From positions 1 to 64,000 of IMG/VR virus record IMGVR_UViG_3300050119_000104: a stretch of 64,000 nucleotides of DNA. One strand, written 5' to 3'. The notes below the pieces were generated by a model that was given only the letters and a program-made list of their open reading frames with translations, ran no database searches and was not told where the DNA came from. This DNA comes from a virus. Shown here in pieces: positions 51,364 to 63,013 of this stretch (position 1 is the first letter of the stretch; each line of letters begins with the position of its first letter). The translations under genes and the position numbers were made by a program.

Positions 51364-52099
51364 ATGGCTGGGCGCACTGTATCGCAGGTCAACATCTCCA
51401 TACCGAATAATGTTTGGTGGATGGATGCCTTCCAATTCGGAGTCGTGGGCGATACCTCATGGTCATTCGCGCACAAACATTTTCTATGTGACTTGAAGGC
51501 GGACCCTACGCAGACGGCGGCCGACATGGCGCTTTCCTCGATTGCGAGTCCGCAGACGATTATTGTTGTCGATGAAATAGCTCGCATCTTGCAATTCGAA
51601 GTGACCGATATGGCACTTCGCGCGGCACTGGTCGTGCAGCCGTACTCATATGATCTCGTGATGGTCGATGATACCACGGACGAGCGTGACTTGTTGATGA
51701 TCGGGACGATTACTGTCACTCAAGGAATTACAATCGAGGATTAAAACGGAGGGTATCATGGCTGTTCTCACCATAAAACGCACATTCGGTCCGGTCGCAT
51801 TCGCAGCCTCGGCAGCGAACATCTACAACAACGCATCAGCGTTGATCTACGATATCATCAAACAAATCCACGTGGTCAATACGACCAGTGGTGCGCTTTG
51901 GTTCAGTCTGTTCGTGTCGGCAACTACTGGCACAGAAACGGCGGGCTTGGAGTTTTTCGTCGAGCAGAACGTTGGTGCCTACTCGGCATTCGATTGGTAC
52001 GGCTCGTTGAAATTGCTCTCGACTGATTTTTTGGTTGGGCATGACTCGACTGGAACAGGGCTCACGATCACAGGCATGGGCGAAAAGTACGTCGTTTAA
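51364..52099 (+). CDS. Two small beta-rich structural or adaptor proteins (51364..51744, 51758..52099)
   Basis: YSYDLVM...LMIGTITVTQGIT resembles BppU-like adaptors; promoter motif at 51287. Confidence 0.6.
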
Positions 52100-52113
52100 A
52101 TTTTAGGTGAGCT

Positions 52114-55100
52114 ATGGCCGACGATGGTTCGACGCCGACTCAAGTTCCTGTCGGGCCGGGCACGCCGACTGTCGTTGAAGGTACTACGATCACAGTCGGT
52201 ATTCCCGCGCCTGCAATAACTCCGGTCGTTTCCTCAATCCCCATCGTGACACAAGTCCCTGTGTCCGCGCGTGAACCTATCGCAATTCCCACCACACCAA
52301 TTGTTGTTCAGGTTGAAGCAACAGCCGTTATCACGCCCGTTCCAGTTATTCAGCGCGGACCCGTCGGTGCATCCGGCGCAAGCGGCGGGACTGGGGCGTC
52401 AGGCGGTACCGGGCCTATCGGCCCTGGTGGCGGGGCATCTGGCAGCACGGGCGCGTCAGGCGCATCGGGCGCGACGGGTGCGACAGGAGTCGGCACGACG
52501 GGTGCAACAGGAGTCGGCACAACCGGAGCAACAGGTCCAATCGGTGCATCAGGTGCCTCGGGCGCGAGCGGCGCATCGGGCGGTATGGGCGCAAGCGGTG
52601 CGACGGGTGTGAGCGGATCGCCGGGAGAAGCAGGCGAAGATGGCGCTGACGGATCAGTCGGTGCAAGCGGCGGTTCAGGAGCAACAGGCACATCGGGCGC
52701 ATCAGGAATTCCAGGATCAGTCGGTGGCACAGGCGGCACAGGTAGCGTCGGCGCAAGCGGGGCAGATGGCGCGAGCGGCGCGACGGGTGCATCAGGTGCC
52801 TCGGGCGCGACGGGTGCGACAGGAGTCGGCACGACGGGTGCGACAGGAGTCGGCACAACCGGAGCAACAGGTCCAATCGGTGCATCAGGTGCCTCGGGCG
52901 CGACGGGTGCGACAGGAGTCGGCACGACGGGTGCAACAGGAGTCGGCACAACCGGAGCAACAGGTCCAATCGGTGCATCAGGTGCCTCGGGCGCGAGCGG
53001 CGCATCGGGCGGTATGGGCGCAAGCGGTGCGACAGGTGTTCGTGGCGAACCGGGTGACGCGGGCGATGATGGTACTGACGGCACGCCGGGAGCTTCGGGC
53101 GCAAGCGGCGGTTCAGGAGCAACAGGCACATCGGGCGCATCAGGAATTCCAGGATCAGTCGGTGGCACAGGCGGCACAGGTAGCGTCGGCACAACTGGAG
53201 CAACAGGTCCAATCGGTGCATCAGGTGCCTCGGGCGCGACGGGTGCGACAGGAGTCGGCACGACGGGTGCAACAGGAGTCGGCACAACCGGAGCAACAGG
53301 TCCAATCGGTGCATCAGGTGCCTCGGGCGCGACGGGTGCGACAGGAGTCGGCACGACAGGTGCAACAGGAGTCGGCACAACCGGAGCAACAGGTCCAATC
53401 GGTGCATCAGGTGCCTCGGGCGCGACGGGTGCGACAGGAGTCGGCACGACGGGTGCAACAGGAGTCGGCACAACCGGACCTACAGGGCCGACTGGCGCAA
53501 CAGGCGCAACAGGCGTCGGCGCGACAGGAGCAACTGGAGTCATCGGCTCAGTCTCATCGACACCTTACGGCATGGTGATGTCGAATAATCTTTCGCCAGC
53601 CGTCCTGAATGTCGCAGCGGGAGTCCGCATTGATAGTACGTTCACGACCTATATCACGCTCGCCGCTTTCACCAAATCAGTTGCGGGATCATGGGCAGCT
53701 GGGTCCGGCGGTAATGGCATGGGCACCGGACTCACTGCAACAAACGCCACATGGTACCACGTCTTTGCGATCATCAATGGCGGTGTCGCTGACGTTTACT
53801 TCGATACATCAATCACCGCAGCAAACAAGCCCGCTGGCACCACTGCGTTTTGCCGTATCGGTTCGATCTACTATCTGACGGGCCAGATAAGACCGTTCAC
53901 GCAAGTCGGAGATCGATTTGAACTTGTGACACCTGTCACCTTTATCAGTGGCGCGGCCACGACCGCAACCCCCCAACTTCCTGTTTGTGGCGCACCAATC
54001 GGCTTGTCAGTTATAGCGACATTTGATGCATATTTGAACTACTCGTCGGCGGCATCTTACATGACTTTCTATTCCCCTCTTCAAACAGGTCAGGGAGCAG
54101 AAGGGACCCCGCTGGGGACGTATAGTCTAATAGCGTTTTCGGCGGCGGCTGCCGGAGCGATGGGACAATTTTCAGTCCTTACAAATACGTCAGGACAAAT
54201 TGAATGGGTCGCAAATGGCGTAGGAGGATTGTTATACGCAGCACTTACTGGGTGGACTGAGCCGACTATGAGCATCGCTGGCCCGACCGGCGCCACGGGG
54301 GCCACGGGTGCCATAGGCGCCACAGGCGGCACGGGTGGCACTGGCGGTACCGGAGCGACAGGAGTCGGCACGGCAGGCGCCACAGGCGTCATCGGCTCAG
54401 TCTCATCGACGCCTTACGGCATGGTGATGTCGAATGGTGCAACAGGCACAGCCCTCAACGTCGCTGCCGGTGTTCGCATCGATAGCACTTTCACGACGTA
54501 CATCACGCTCGCCGCTTTCACCAAATCAGTTGCGGGATCATGGGCAGCTGGGTCCGGCGGTAATGGCATGGGCACCGGACTCACTGCAACAAACGCCACA
54601 TGGTACCACGTCTTTGCGATCATCAATGGCGGTGTCGCTGACGTTTACTTCGATACATCAATCACCGCAGCAAACAAGCCCGCTGGCACCACTGCGTTTT
54701 GCCGTATCGGTTCGATCTACTATCTGACGGGCCAGATAAGACCGTTCACGCAAGTCGGAGATCGATTTGAACTTGTGACACCTGTCACCTTTATCAGTGG
54801 CGCGGCCACGACCGCAACCCCCCAACTTCCTGTTTGTGGCGCACCAATCGGCTTGTCAGTTATAGCGACATTTGATGCATATTTGAACTACTCGTCGGCG
54901 GCATCTTACATGACTTTCTATTCCCCTCTTCAAACAGGTCAGGGAGCAGAAGGGACCCCGCTGGGGACGTATAGTCTAATAGCGTTTTCGGCGGCGGCTG
55001 CCGGAGCGATGGGACAATTTTCAGTCCTTACAAATACGTCAGGACAAATTGAATGGGTCGCAAATGGCGTAGGAGGATTGTTATACGCAGCACTTACTGG

Positions 55101-55572
55101 GTGGACTGAGCCGACTATGAGCATCGCTGGCCCGACCGGCGCCACGGGGGCCACGGGTGCCATAGGCGCCACAGGCGGCACGGGTGGCACTGGCGGTACC
55201 GGAGCGACCGGTTCGACTGGTACTGTAGGCGCGACTGGACCATCAACAGTGATCCCGCAAAATATCCAGAGCGGGGCATACGGGCTATTGATTGGCGATG
55301 CGGGCTACGAAATTTTCCATCCGACCGCTGACGCGACCGCGCGCATCTGGACTATTCCGGCTAACGGGTCCATAGCGTTTCCGATTGGGACCGTGATCAC
55401 CTTCACTAACCAACACGGTGCGGGTGTCATCACAATCGCGATCACGACAGATACGATGTACATGGCTGGGACGGGCTCGACTGGTAGTCGCACATTAGCG
55501 GCAAATGGCATTGCAACGGCGAAGAAAGTCACGGCGACAGAGTGGCTCATCTCCGGCGTAGGACTGACTTAA
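52114..55572 (+). CDS. Collagen-like fibre protein with duplicated globular domain
   Basis: Long G-A-T/G-A-S triplet tracts; 283-codon near-identical tandem duplication (starts 53539 and 54388); phage-fibre-type C-terminus. Confidence 0.85.
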   Translation: MADDGSTPTQVPVGPGTPTVVEGTTITVGIPAPAITPVVSSIPIVTQVPVSAREPIAIPTTPIVVQVEATAVITPVPVIQRGPVGASGASGGTGASGGTGPIGPGGGASGSTGASGASGATGATGVGTTGATGVGTTGATGPIGASGASGASGASGGMGASGATGVSGSPGEAGEDGADGSVGASGGSGATGTSGASGIPGSVGGTGGTGSVGASGADGASGATGASGASGATGATGVGTTGATGVGTTGATGPIGASGASGATGATGVGTTGATGVGTTGATGPIGASGASGASGASGGMGASGATGVRGEPGDAGDDGTDGTPGASGASGGSGATGTSGASGIPGSVGGTGGTGSVGTTGATGPIGASGASGATGATGVGTTGATGVGTTGATGPIGASGASGATGATGVGTTGATGVGTTGATGPIGASGASGATGATGVGTTGATGVGTTGPTGPTGATGATGVGATGATGVIGSVSSTPYGMVMSNNLSPAVLNVAAGVRIDSTFTTYITLAAFTKSVAGSWAAGSGGNGMGTGLTATNATWYHVFAIINGGVADVYFDTSITAANKPAGTTAFCRIGSIYYLTGQIRPFTQVGDRFELVTPVTFISGAATTATPQLPVCGAPIGLSVIATFDAYLNYSSAASYMTFYSPLQTGQGAEGTPLGTYSLIAFSAAAAGAMGQFSVLTNTSGQIEWVANGVGGLLYAALTGWTEPTMSIAGPTGATGATGAIGATGGTGGTGGTGATGVGTAGATGVIGSVSSTPYGMVMSNGATGTALNVAAGVRIDSTFTTYITLAAFTKSVAGSWAAGSGGNGMGTGLTATNATWYHVFAIINGGVADVYFDTSITAANKPAGTTAFCRIGSIYYLTGQIRPFTQVGDRFELVTPVTFISGAATTATPQLPVCGAPIGLSVIATFDAYLNYSSAASYMTFYSPLQTGQGAEGTPLGTYSLIAFSAAAAGAMGQFSVLTNTSGQIEWVANGVGGLLYAALTGWTEPTMSIAGPTGATGATGAIGATGGTGGTGGTGATGSTGTVGATGPSTVIPQNIQSGAYGLLIGDAGYEIFHPTADATARIWTIPANGSIAFPIGTVITFTNQHGAGVITIAITTDTMYMAGTGSTGSRTLAANGIATAKKVTATEWLISGVGLT

Positions 55573-55573
55573 A

Positions 55574-56791
55574 ATGGTCGCGACTCTGCAACAGATATTT
55601 CTTGGAGAACAGCAAACTCCAACGGTGACCGGTATCAGTCCGGCCAGCGGCAGCGTGCTCGGCGGCACGGCCGTGACCATCACTGGGACCGGCTTCATGC
55701 AGGGCGTGACATCGGTCCTCATCGGCGGCACCGCCGCAACGAGCATCGTCGTTGTCAGCGACACCTCGATCACGTGCGTCACAGGGACTGGCGCTGCTGG
55801 CGCTGTTGATGTGCAAGTGACAACTGAGATCGGGAACACGACGAACACCCTTTACACCTATTTCAACGTTGTTCCGACCGTCTCTGCGATCACCGCCAAT
55901 AATGGCACGACCAACGGCGGCACCGGGGTCACGATCACAGGCACCAATTTCGTCATAGGCGGCACAACGGTTACAATTCGCGGCGTCGCATGTACCTCCG
56001 TTTCTGTTTCAAATTCTACCACGCTCACATGCACGACCCCCGCAGCAACGACTGGTGGTACGGCGAGCGTCCTCGTGACGACCGCAGGCGGCACCAACGG
56101 GGCAAACATGCTGTGGACTTACAACATTGCGTCGCCGGGGACTTACTCGTACACGATAGGTAGTGGCAATTTCACTGTCCCGGCCTACAACACCCTCACG
56201 ATCCAATTGTGGGGGGCGGGTGGTGCTGGTGGTTCAACAACAACATCGGGGGCGGCGATAAACGGAAATGCTGGTGGATATAGCGAAGTCGCAGCTTTGG
56301 GTCTGGTCGCGTATGGCGGCGGCGGCGGCGGAGGAACAAACTCCACTACCTCTGGCACGGGCGGCGCGGGCGGCGCGCCATCAGGGGGCAATACCGCAAA
56401 CGCCGCTGGAACTACCGGCGGTGCAGGCAGCTATAATGCGACCGGTGCAACACTCACGACGGGCGCGGGTGGCGCGGCGGCAGGAGGCGGCGGTGGGGCA
56501 GCGGCCGGAGTCTCAGTTACCACGACCTCTACGACGCAACAATTTACCGGTAACGGGGGCAACGCTCCGGGTGGTGGCGCTTCCGCAGGTGGCTACTCAA
56601 CCGAGGTTATATCCTCCCACTTTGAATATGCAGGAGCAGGTGGCGGTGGTGGCGCATTCGTCAAGAGCGTTTACACGGGCGGTACTTATGCGGGCGTTAG
56701 TTTAGCTTGGATAGTCGGTGCAGGCGGCACCAGCGGGGGCGCGGGCAGTCCCGCAGGCGCGGCCGGAGAAATTCAATTCATCATTGCCTAA
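55574..56791 (+). CDS. Virion protein with two IPT/TIG domains and a Gly-rich domain
   Basis: PTVTGISPASGSVLGGTAVTITGTGF and PTVSAITANNGTTNGGTGVTITGTNF; LWGAGGAGG. Confidence 0.85.
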   Translation: MVATLQQIFLGEQQTPTVTGISPASGSVLGGTAVTITGTGFMQGVTSVLIGGTAATSIVVVSDTSITCVTGTGAAGAVDVQVTTEIGNTTNTLYTYFNVVPTVSAITANNGTTNGGTGVTITGTNFVIGGTTVTIRGVACTSVSVSNSTTLTCTTPAATTGGTASVLVTTAGGTNGANMLWTYNIASPGTYSYTIGSGNFTVPAYNTLTIQLWGAGGAGGSTTTSGAAINGNAGGYSEVAALGLVAYGGGGGGGTNSTTSGTGGAGGAPSGGNTANAAGTTGGAGSYNATGATLTTGAGGAAAGGGGGAAAGVSVTTTSTTQQFTGNGGNAPGGGASAGGYSTEVISSHFEYAGAGGGGGAFVKSVYTGGTYAGVSLAWIVGAGGTSGGAGSPAGAAGEIQFIIA

Positions 56792-56838
56792 GCTCGCGTG
56801 ATGTGCCACAAAGCAAAAGAAAAAAAAAAGAAATCCCC

Positions 56839-57960
56839 ATGCCTTTCCGCTTCCATGTTTTAGGGCTCGCACACACGATCTCGACGCCGGAGTATTCGAC
56901 CTGCGCGTTCACGCAGAAAGTCGTGAAGCTGTGCAAGCTGCTCAAGGCGCAGGGTCACTACGTCATCCACTACGGCCACGAGGATTCGAAGGTCGAATGC
57001 GATGAGCACGTGACCGTTGTCAAGCGCTACGACTACAACAAAGCCTACGGCACCCATGATTGGCGAAAGCACGGATGGGTAGGCTATGATATTAACAAGG
57101 ATTGGACCTACAAAGTTTTCAATACGCGAACGCCGCTTGAAGTCGAGACACGGAGACAGCCGAGTGATTTCCTGCTTTGCTCATTCGGCTTCGGTCATAA
57201 GCCGGTTGCCGATGCCTGTCCTGAGTTGATCGTTGTCGAGCCTGGCATCGGCTACTCGACCGGTGGCTTCGCCAAATACCGCGTGTTTGAGAGCTACGCA
57301 ATTATGCACGCATATCAGGGTCAGAAAGCAATCGAATTTTCGAGCAACGACTTCTGGTACGATGCAGTGATCCCCAACTATTTTGACATAGCCGACTTCA
57401 CATATTCATCCTCCAAGGATGACTATTTTCTGTTCCTTGGTCGCGTCAACGACGGCAAGGGCGTTCACATCGCCGAACAGATCGCGAAGATAACCGGCAC
57501 TAAACTCATCGTCGCCGGGCCTGGTCAGCGTGAACACGCAGAGGGTGTCTCATACGTCGGCGTCGTGAACCCGCAAATTCGGGCGGAGTTACTCTCACGA
57601 GCAACAGCGATCCTCTGCCCCTCGACGTTCATCGAGCCGTTCTGCGGTGTTCAAATCGAAGCGATGCTCTCCGGCACGCCGGTCATTTCATCCGACCGTG
57701 GTGCTTTTTCGGAATACAACAAGCACGGCGAGACTGGCTTCCGATGCAAAACGTTCGAGCAGTTTACATGGGCCGCGCGCAACATCAATCGCATCGATCC
57801 GCTGGCATGCCGTGCATGGGGCGAGCGTTTCACTCTCGGGCGCATCGGTCTGATGTTCGATGAATATTTCCAATCGGTGTTGGACATCTCGCAAGGGAAG
57901 GGCTGGTACCAGGAAAAGCCTGATCGGGACAATCTTGACATGACGACGTGGAGAGCGTAA
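56839..57960 (+). CDS. GT-B (family 4-like) glycosyltransferase
   Basis: FLFLGRVNDGKGVH, PSTFIEPFCGVQIEAMLSGTPVISSDRGAFSE. Confidence 0.9.
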   Translation: MPFRFHVLGLAHTISTPEYSTCAFTQKVVKLCKLLKAQGHYVIHYGHEDSKVECDEHVTVVKRYDYNKAYGTHDWRKHGWVGYDINKDWTYKVFNTRTPLEVETRRQPSDFLLCSFGFGHKPVADACPELIVVEPGIGYSTGGFAKYRVFESYAIMHAYQGQKAIEFSSNDFWYDAVIPNYFDIADFTYSSSKDDYFLFLGRVNDGKGVHIAEQIAKITGTKLIVAGPGQREHAEGVSYVGVVNPQIRAELLSRATAILCPSTFIEPFCGVQIEAMLSGTPVISSDRGAFSEYNKHGETGFRCKTFEQFTWAARNINRIDPLACRAWGERFTLGRIGLMFDEYFQSVLDISQGKGWYQEKPDRDNLDMTTWRA

Positions 57961-57991
57961 CCCAGCCCCCGAAATTCAAAAGGAGAACACC

Positions 57992-58261
57992 ATGTGGAAG
58001 ATCGTCTTGATAATGGTGGCTATCGTCAGCCCGAATGGCCCTCCGAAGCACCTCGCAGACGGGGTTGTCAGAAATGGTTTCGCTACTGAGGCCGTGTGCG
58101 AGAAAAATTTAGCAAAGAAAAGTTTCGCAAAAATGACACAAGATATGGTCGAGGGCATCTCTAAGAAACTCAACGGTACCAAGGTTATAATCACCGCTCG
58201 ATGCGTTGATACGTCAAAGAAAGTCGAACCAAAAATTGAGCCGCAGGGCGAGTCCATTTAG
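57992..58261 (+). CDS. Small exported protein
   Basis: MWKIVLIMVAIV; GFATEAVCE; AGGAG RBS. Confidence 0.55.
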   Translation: MWKIVLIMVAIVSPNGPPKHLADGVVRNGFATEAVCEKNLAKKSFAKMTQDMVEGISKKLNGTKVIITARCVDTSKKVEPKIEPQGESI

Positions 58262-58441
58262 TTCTTTTTTACCCGGTTGCTGACACGTACTTCTCGTGGT
58301 AAATATCTCCATCATCACGTGATCCTCTGCCTCGACGTGGCTCCATGGTGAGTGACTCGGCAGGGCTTTCACATTCTACCCGCGAACCTCCATGGGGAGG
58401 CGACGGTTTTTGTCGTCAACCCCTTTTGTGAGGTTATCCCA

Positions 58442-59590
58442 ATGACCAATGTTTCCACCACGATTGCGGATGTGATCGTCCCCGAAGTTTTCACCCCGTA
58501 CACGCAGCAGCTTACGATGGAAAAGACCGCAATTATCCAGAGCGGTATCGCTGCCCGTGACGACTTCATCGACAATTTGCTTGCTGGCGGCGGCTTGACC
58601 TTCACGGTCCCGTCCTGGCAGGACATCGGCGATCCGGCCGAGAATGTGTCAAGCGACGACGCCAACACGTTCTCGACTCCGAACGCCACGCAGACGAGCG
58701 CCGAAGTTGCGGTGCGACTCTCGCGCAACAGTTCTTGGAGCACGATGCGTCTCGCGACCGCCCTGGCCGGTGCCGACCCGATGCAAAGCATCGCGGCTCG
58801 CGTTTCCGACTATTGGGTCCGTCGATTGCAGCGGGCATTCGTTGCCGCTGCTGCAGGCGTCTTCGCCACCAATGAGTTGTCCGATCCGACCGATGGTCGC
58901 TCGCACAACATCGGCCTCAATGCCGCCTACGGCAATATGGCTGATCTGACTCAGGATATCAGCACGGGCGGCTACGCTGCCGGTGTGTCCGACTTCTCCG
59001 CCTCCGCGTTCATCGACACCTGTTCGTTGCTCGGCGACGCCGCCGAGGACGTGACGGCAGTGTTCATGCACTCGGTGGTCTACGCCAAGGCGCAGAAGAA
59101 CAACCTCATCGACTTCATTCCTGATGCGGAAGGTCACGTCAATATCCCGACCTTCCTCGGACGGCGCGTGGTCGTTGACGACGGCATGCCCAACCCGGCC
59201 GGTGACTCGACTGCCGGTGCCTCCACCTCAAGTGGCGTCTACCACACGTGGCTCGTTGGCCCCGCGTCGTTCCGCCTGGGTGTCGGCACGCCAATCGTCC
59301 CCACCGAAGTTTTCCGTTACCCGGCTCAGGGCAACGGCGCAGGCTCGGACGTTCTGTTCAATCGCGTCGAGTGGTGTCTCCATCCCGTTGGCCATGCCTA
59401 CGTCGGCACCAACTCGAATGGCGGCCCGACCAACGCGAACCTCGCGGCGGCACCCTCGTTCGTCCGCGTGTTCCCGGAGCGCAAGCAGATCAAGCTCGCC
59501 CGCCTCATCACGGCGGAGTCAATCGCCAACCCTGGCGCATACCGCGCCGATCCGGCTGGCACTGAGAGCGGCGGTCTGTGGACTCGCTAA
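58442..59590 (+). CDS. Major capsid protein
   Basis: IADVIVPEVFTPY, SGI, GG....PSWQD, LAGADPMQSIA.RV..YW, FMHS.VY, FLGRRVVVDD, HPVG pattern; GAGG RBS. Confidence 0.88.
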   Translation: MTNVSTTIADVIVPEVFTPYTQQLTMEKTAIIQSGIAARDDFIDNLLAGGGLTFTVPSWQDIGDPAENVSSDDANTFSTPNATQTSAEVAVRLSRNSSWSTMRLATALAGADPMQSIAARVSDYWVRRLQRAFVAAAAGVFATNELSDPTDGRSHNIGLNAAYGNMADLTQDISTGGYAAGVSDFSASAFIDTCSLLGDAAEDVTAVFMHSVVYAKAQKNNLIDFIPDAEGHVNIPTFLGRRVVVDDGMPNPAGDSTAGASTSSGVYHTWLVGPASFRLGVGTPIVPTEVFRYPAQGNGAGSDVLFNRVEWCLHPVGHAYVGTNSNGGPTNANLAAAPSFVRVFPERKQIKLARLITAESIANPGAYRADPAGTESGGLWTR

Positions 59591-59667
59591 CCCGGTTTGA
59601 AAAGATAGTCGGATGCCAACTTAGACTTGGCATCCGAGCCTTTTCTTAAACCAAAGGAAGCACCATC

Positions 59668-61038
59668 ATGGCCATCGATGAGCCCTTCAAACCCGATACC
59701 AAGGCGTCGCCCCGACTTTACCGTCGGCATCAGCGTTACGCCAACTATAGTCGCTTGCGCTACGGCGCGCAGGAGCGCGCATGGTTGACTCAGCAAGCCG
59801 AGCGCTTGGAGTCGGCGGGCGCGGATCAGACGATTTTCGATTATTTGTACACCAACACGGCGGGCGAGATTAAGTTAGCGACCAACGTGTCGCACCTGAA
59901 CCCAGGTCGCGTTTAAAGTTTCGGTGCGCGGTTTGAAGGGGGACTTCCGGCCGCCCACTGAGATCGGCCGGGGTCGCAAGACCCCGGCCACGATTTTACG
60001 AGCTTCGCCATTCATGAGAATGGTGCATGTCCCCAAGCTGAACGAGGATTATCATGACTGACCAAGCCAAGTACCACGAGAAGATCAAGACTGCGCTCGC
60101 GCAACTGGACCACGACGATGCCGACTCATGGACCGAAGATGGTCTGCCTCGCACAGGCATCGTCCAGAAACTCTTAAACGATCAGACAATCCGGCGACAA
60201 GATATCGGCGATGCGTGGCCCGGTTTCGTCCGCAAGGTCTCAGTGACCGCGCCTATTGAACCAACTGCAACGGACCCAGGTCCGAAAGCGGATGGTGGCA
60301 CAACGTTGGTCGATCCCATTGAACCAATCGCGCCAGTCGATACGCGGCCGACCGAAGCTGAGTATCGAGCGAAGCTCAATCAGGATGTGGTCGATGCCGA
60401 GATGGCATATATCGCCAACAAGAAAGAGCTTGCGGTCTGCCATGGCCGCGAGCAGCCGCTCCGGTTGGAGATCGAGCGCACGAAAAAGGTTCGTGCCGCC
60501 GCGTTCCCACCGATGACCGCCGCGCAGAATATCAAGGAATATCTTGCCGGTGAGCATCAAAAGCGAATTGAAACTTCACGACTCAATCAGGTCGATGCGG
60601 CGATGGGGAAAGGCAACACCCTGGGTTGGAAGCGTCCTGTCCGTCCCATGATCGGGGTTGATGGCAACGTGGTTATGCCCATCGCGCGGGATAAAATCCG
60701 CCGGACCGGGTAATCTCCGGCCGGAATAAAAGGTCGGAACGATGAGCGCACTTCTCAATCCTCCGTACCGGCCGACCGCTGAAATGCAGGCGGGGCTTTA
60801 CTATGCCCGCCGTCGCAATCGGGCACGTCAAGCTCTCCAAAATTTGCCGTTATGGTCCGCCGATCTCTCGGTGGCTGATGGGGCGTATTATCAGTATGGC
60901 GGCAACGCCTATCAAGCGCTCGGGGCGGGGACAACCGGCTCGACTGCACCTATTGTTGATCGCGGTCAGCAGTCAGATGGAGCGGTCAATTGGGTATATG
61001 TTGATCCGCAAGTGCTCATCGGGCGGGTGCTGCCATGA
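59668..61038 (+). CDS. Head-associated hypothetical proteins (59668..59916, 60054..60713, 60742..61038)
   Basis: Follow the MCP; WTEDGLP motif in the second; carbohydrate-binding-like W...Y...G..YQ in the third. Confidence 0.6.
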
Positions 61039-61949
61039 GTATCATTTTCGCGCAGCAGGACAGGACGGGCACCGTAGCTCAGATCACGGTCGCCGCCGCG
61101 CCCGCTAATCCAATTGCCGTCAATGACACCGGAACCATTGCAGGCGTGCAACCGTGGAACGGCAACGAAGTGTCACTCGCGTTCACGGTCGGGCAAATCC
61201 TGAACACGGCGCAATTCGGTATCACGACCGCGCTTCCGAACGGCGCGGGTCCTGGCGAAGTGCTGCAAAGTGGATGGCCAGAAGCAGGCAGTGTAATCAC
61301 GTGGATCACTGGCGCGAATGCCGAGACGACTTCCGCCGTGACGCAGATGGTTCCAGCCAACGCCTACATCACGTCGAATTTCTTCAAGGAATATCACGCC
61401 TCACGCGGCAACGTGTACGGCACACCGACGACCGCGCAATTGCAGCAGGCAATAGTTCAAGGCACGGACTATCTCGATCAGTGGTATCGCTTCAAAGGCG
61501 TGAAGCTCCTGCAATTTCTTGGCGGCAACGATATCCTCGATCCGATGCTGCCATTTATTGATCCGTGGCTTAGCCCGTTCGGTTTCACTCAAACTGCATT
61601 CTATGTACCGAGCACTACGCAACAGGCAACGGAATGGCCTCGTCAGGGCGTGGTCGATTTCAATGGTGATAACGTATACGGAATTCCAAAAGCAATTTCA
61701 TTCGGGTGCGCGGAGCTTGCGCTTCGCATGATCAATGGCATCATCCTCCAACCGGATTACGATCCGACTGTCGTGTTAGCCGGAGCCATCATTGAGTCAG
61801 CTTCCCAGGAGGTCGGCCCAATCAAGGTGTCCGCGACTTATGATACCAAGCTCGGGATCGGATTTTTCGCGGACTTCCCGCACGTGAGTCGTTTATTGGC
61901 GAAGGCGGGACTCTTGATTGCTTCTGGCGGCCACCAGATTATTAGGTGA
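61035..61949 (+). CDS. Head-tail adaptor (DnaT-like domain family)
   Basis: NAYITS.FF..YHASRG, A..QGTDYLD, Q..EWPR, IP.AI..GCAELA, EVGPIKVS..Y. Confidence 0.75.
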   Translation: MSIIFAQQDRTGTVAQITVAAAPANPIAVNDTGTIAGVQPWNGNEVSLAFTVGQILNTAQFGITTALPNGAGPGEVLQSGWPEAGSVITWITGANAETTSAVTQMVPANAYITSNFFKEYHASRGNVYGTPTTAQLQQAIVQGTDYLDQWYRFKGVKLLQFLGGNDILDPMLPFIDPWLSPFGFTQTAFYVPSTTQQATEWPRQGVVDFNGDNVYGIPKAISFGCAELALRMINGIILQPDYDPTVVLAGAIIESASQEVGPIKVSATYDTKLGIGFFADFPHVSRLLAKAGLLIASGGHQIIR

Positions 61950-62902
61950 TGGGATGGCAGGAACCTTCAATTATCGAGCACTTGCGGCCGTCGCTGACAA
62001 GCTCATTCTGCAATTCGGCATGGCCGCATCGCTGCGCCCCGTCGGCGCAACGGATAGTTCGCAGGATCGTCCGTGCACAATTGTCATCACCGAGTATGAT
62101 CCGCACGATGCTGCGACCCAACTCACGAACCCGACCGACCGCAAAATCCTCATTGCGCCGGGATTGGGCGCAGTTCCAGGCCAGCCGCCTGACAATGAAA
62201 AAGACCAGATAGTCGTTCTCATTGGCCCGGATGCAGGCCGGGTGCTCCCATTTACAAGTCCGGTCAAGCTTTACTCGCCCGCCGGGATTATAGTCCTTTA
62301 TGAGTCAACGGTCCGTCGCTAAATTTACCCGGTTGCAGACGCCCCCGATCTATGGTTAATGACAGCCTGGAAGGCCCTGGAATATGACGCAGTTTGATCG
62401 ACGGCAGGCGATTTTGGTGGAGCTTGGTTCAATGCTGGCGGCGCTCGTGCCGACCATCGTTTTGACCGGGACGCAAGGAACGCCAGCGGGGTTTGCTACC
62501 GGAGGCTACGTGCACAATCGCAACGAGCTTCCACAAGGTTTAGTCCCTGGCATCATTCTGTTAGATGCTGATGAGTTACCTGGGGGAACGCCGGTAATAC
62601 CCGGCCGGGCGCAGACAAGGATCGCGCCGCAGATAATGAAGATGACGCCGGAAATTTACGTCGTGTTGGACGTGCGAAAGCCGAACAACTTAAACGTGGG
62701 AGAGGATTTAGATTTAGCGCGGATCGCGATCCTTCAAGGAATTTGGACGGATCAGACCCTGCTGAATTTGGTTAGTTCGAATGGACGAATTGTTGTTGAA
62801 GCCTGCGTGACCGATCTCGCGCGCAACCGGACGATGCAAGGCCAATTGGGAATTTCAATGTCGTTCTACTATCCACTGCTACCAAACGAGATCATCGGTT
62901 AA
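61950..62902 (+). CDS. Head closure and tail-completion proteins (61950..62322, 62384..62902)
   Basis: Synteny between adaptor and tail tube. Confidence 0.55.
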
Positions 62903-63013
62903 ACGAGCGCGAAAATGCCGAAGCAAGTCGGTCGAGCAGATCATCCAATCGTATGCTTTACTCATGCGATCCATAGTTTCACACCCGTGCTCGCTGCATA
63001 AAGGGAGGCTCCC

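Larger units (their letters stand above)
30544..62336 (+). promoter_or_regulatory. Recurrent promoter motif TTTACCSGGTTGC-N19-TWA at 30544, 33958, 34213, 51287, 58268, 62324 (variant near 49750)
   Basis: Intergenic, in front of late-region genes; TTGCNN followed after 17 nt by TAA/TTA in most copies. Confidence 0.7.

Noticed and set aside
52350-53578. Pro-rich and repeat ORFs in other frames of the fibre gene
   Set aside because: By-products of the collagen repeat
56707-56838. N-terminal extension of the glycosyltransferase
   Set aside because: Overlaps the upstream gene and a poly-A tract; ATG 56839 gives a normal start
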